DNA from: Zygnema circumcarinatum SAG 698-1b
Taxonomy: Eukaryota > Plantae > Zygnematophyceae
Assembly: GCA_037447605.1 (NCBI GenBank)
Contig: CM074805.1
Span: 2,451,361 to 2,515,360 of the forward strand
Reading direction: 5' to 3'
DNA: 64,000 nt
Positions 63,348 to 64,000 of this stretch are shown piece by piece. The position numbers were made by a program, and so were the translations under genes. Position 1 is the stretch's first letter. Every line of letters begins with the position of its first letter. The notes below the pieces were generated by a model. The model saw only the letters and a program-made list of their open reading frames with translations. It was not told the DNA's origin and ran no database searches.

Positions 63348-64000
63348 CTGCAGATAAACATGTCGTCAAGTTGTTGATTTAGTGTAAGAGTAGCTTGTCC
63401 AGAGAATGAAAGAATTACAACTCTATGTTCGAAACAAAGCGACGTCCTTCACCTAAATTTTGGACCAAGCAAATGCTGCTCTTTCATTTCAAGAAAAGAA
63501 AAAAAGAAAACTTTATCACGGTTCCCTAAATCACGGAGCACCGACAATGTCTTCAGCACAAAAGCAGTGTTGTTCAACTGAGGCTCACTCATTATGATTT
63601 TGACACCAATTGGTACTCCTTTTCTATTTCAAACCCTAACCCTGCTACGCCATACCAGGGAATGTGCGCCTGCCTGGGCATAGATCCCTATCCCCTTTTG
63701 TCGCTACAAATTTTTCAAAAAAGACAACCCTACAGTACAGCACTGGCCTTAACCATAACCAGTTTGTAAGGCTTAGGATTTCCGATGCAATCGGTTCGCG
63801 TCCCATGCAAAGCGTCACGTGCCGAAGTCCTCTGACAAATCAGAGGCATGTCCATCGTACACTAGGGAATTGCACAACGGGGCGCAATCTGGCTACTATA
63901 TAATCCCATGTCCAATTGGCAGAAATAGATCTAAGGACTGATTTCTGGGCTCTTGAAAGTAGAAAACACAGAAAGGAATGATGCGGCTATCAGTTAAAAT

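Overview
Eukaryotic, intron-rich (GT-AG) nuclear DNA from a green plant. The gene set (DUO3, ABC1K8, GRP7-like, AT3G17920-like and AT1G03290-like genes) points to a streptophyte, and an ancestral-looking CstF-77 N-terminus suggests a non-seed lineage (bryophyte or charophyte alga; inference). Nine protein-coding genes were reconstructed by hand from conserved exons and splice sites: DUO3 (+), a CUE/coiled-coil gene (-), CstF-77 (+), ABC1K8/OSA1 (+), a glycine-rich RRM protein (+), an STK11IP-like LRR gene (-), VPS52 (-), a secreted T4-type lysozyme-like gene (-) and the 3' part of a PIP5K (-). The strongest unusual signals are: (1) a spliced, signal-peptide-bearing phage-T4-type (GH24) lysozyme homologue that keeps the catalytic Glu but has lost the Asp and Thr; (2) a 2.1-kb palindrome-rich 92/184-bp satellite filling the divergent promoter between the CUE gene and CstF-77; (3) an apparent CstF-77 5'UTR intron made almost entirely of (GTATG)n; (4) a repeat array plus GTAC cluster module recurring upstream of three genes; (5) a CUE + coiled-coil + AIM protein that looks like a selective autophagy receptor. 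All family assignments rest on recalled motif similarity, not on database searches. Internal exon boundaries are approximate where stated.
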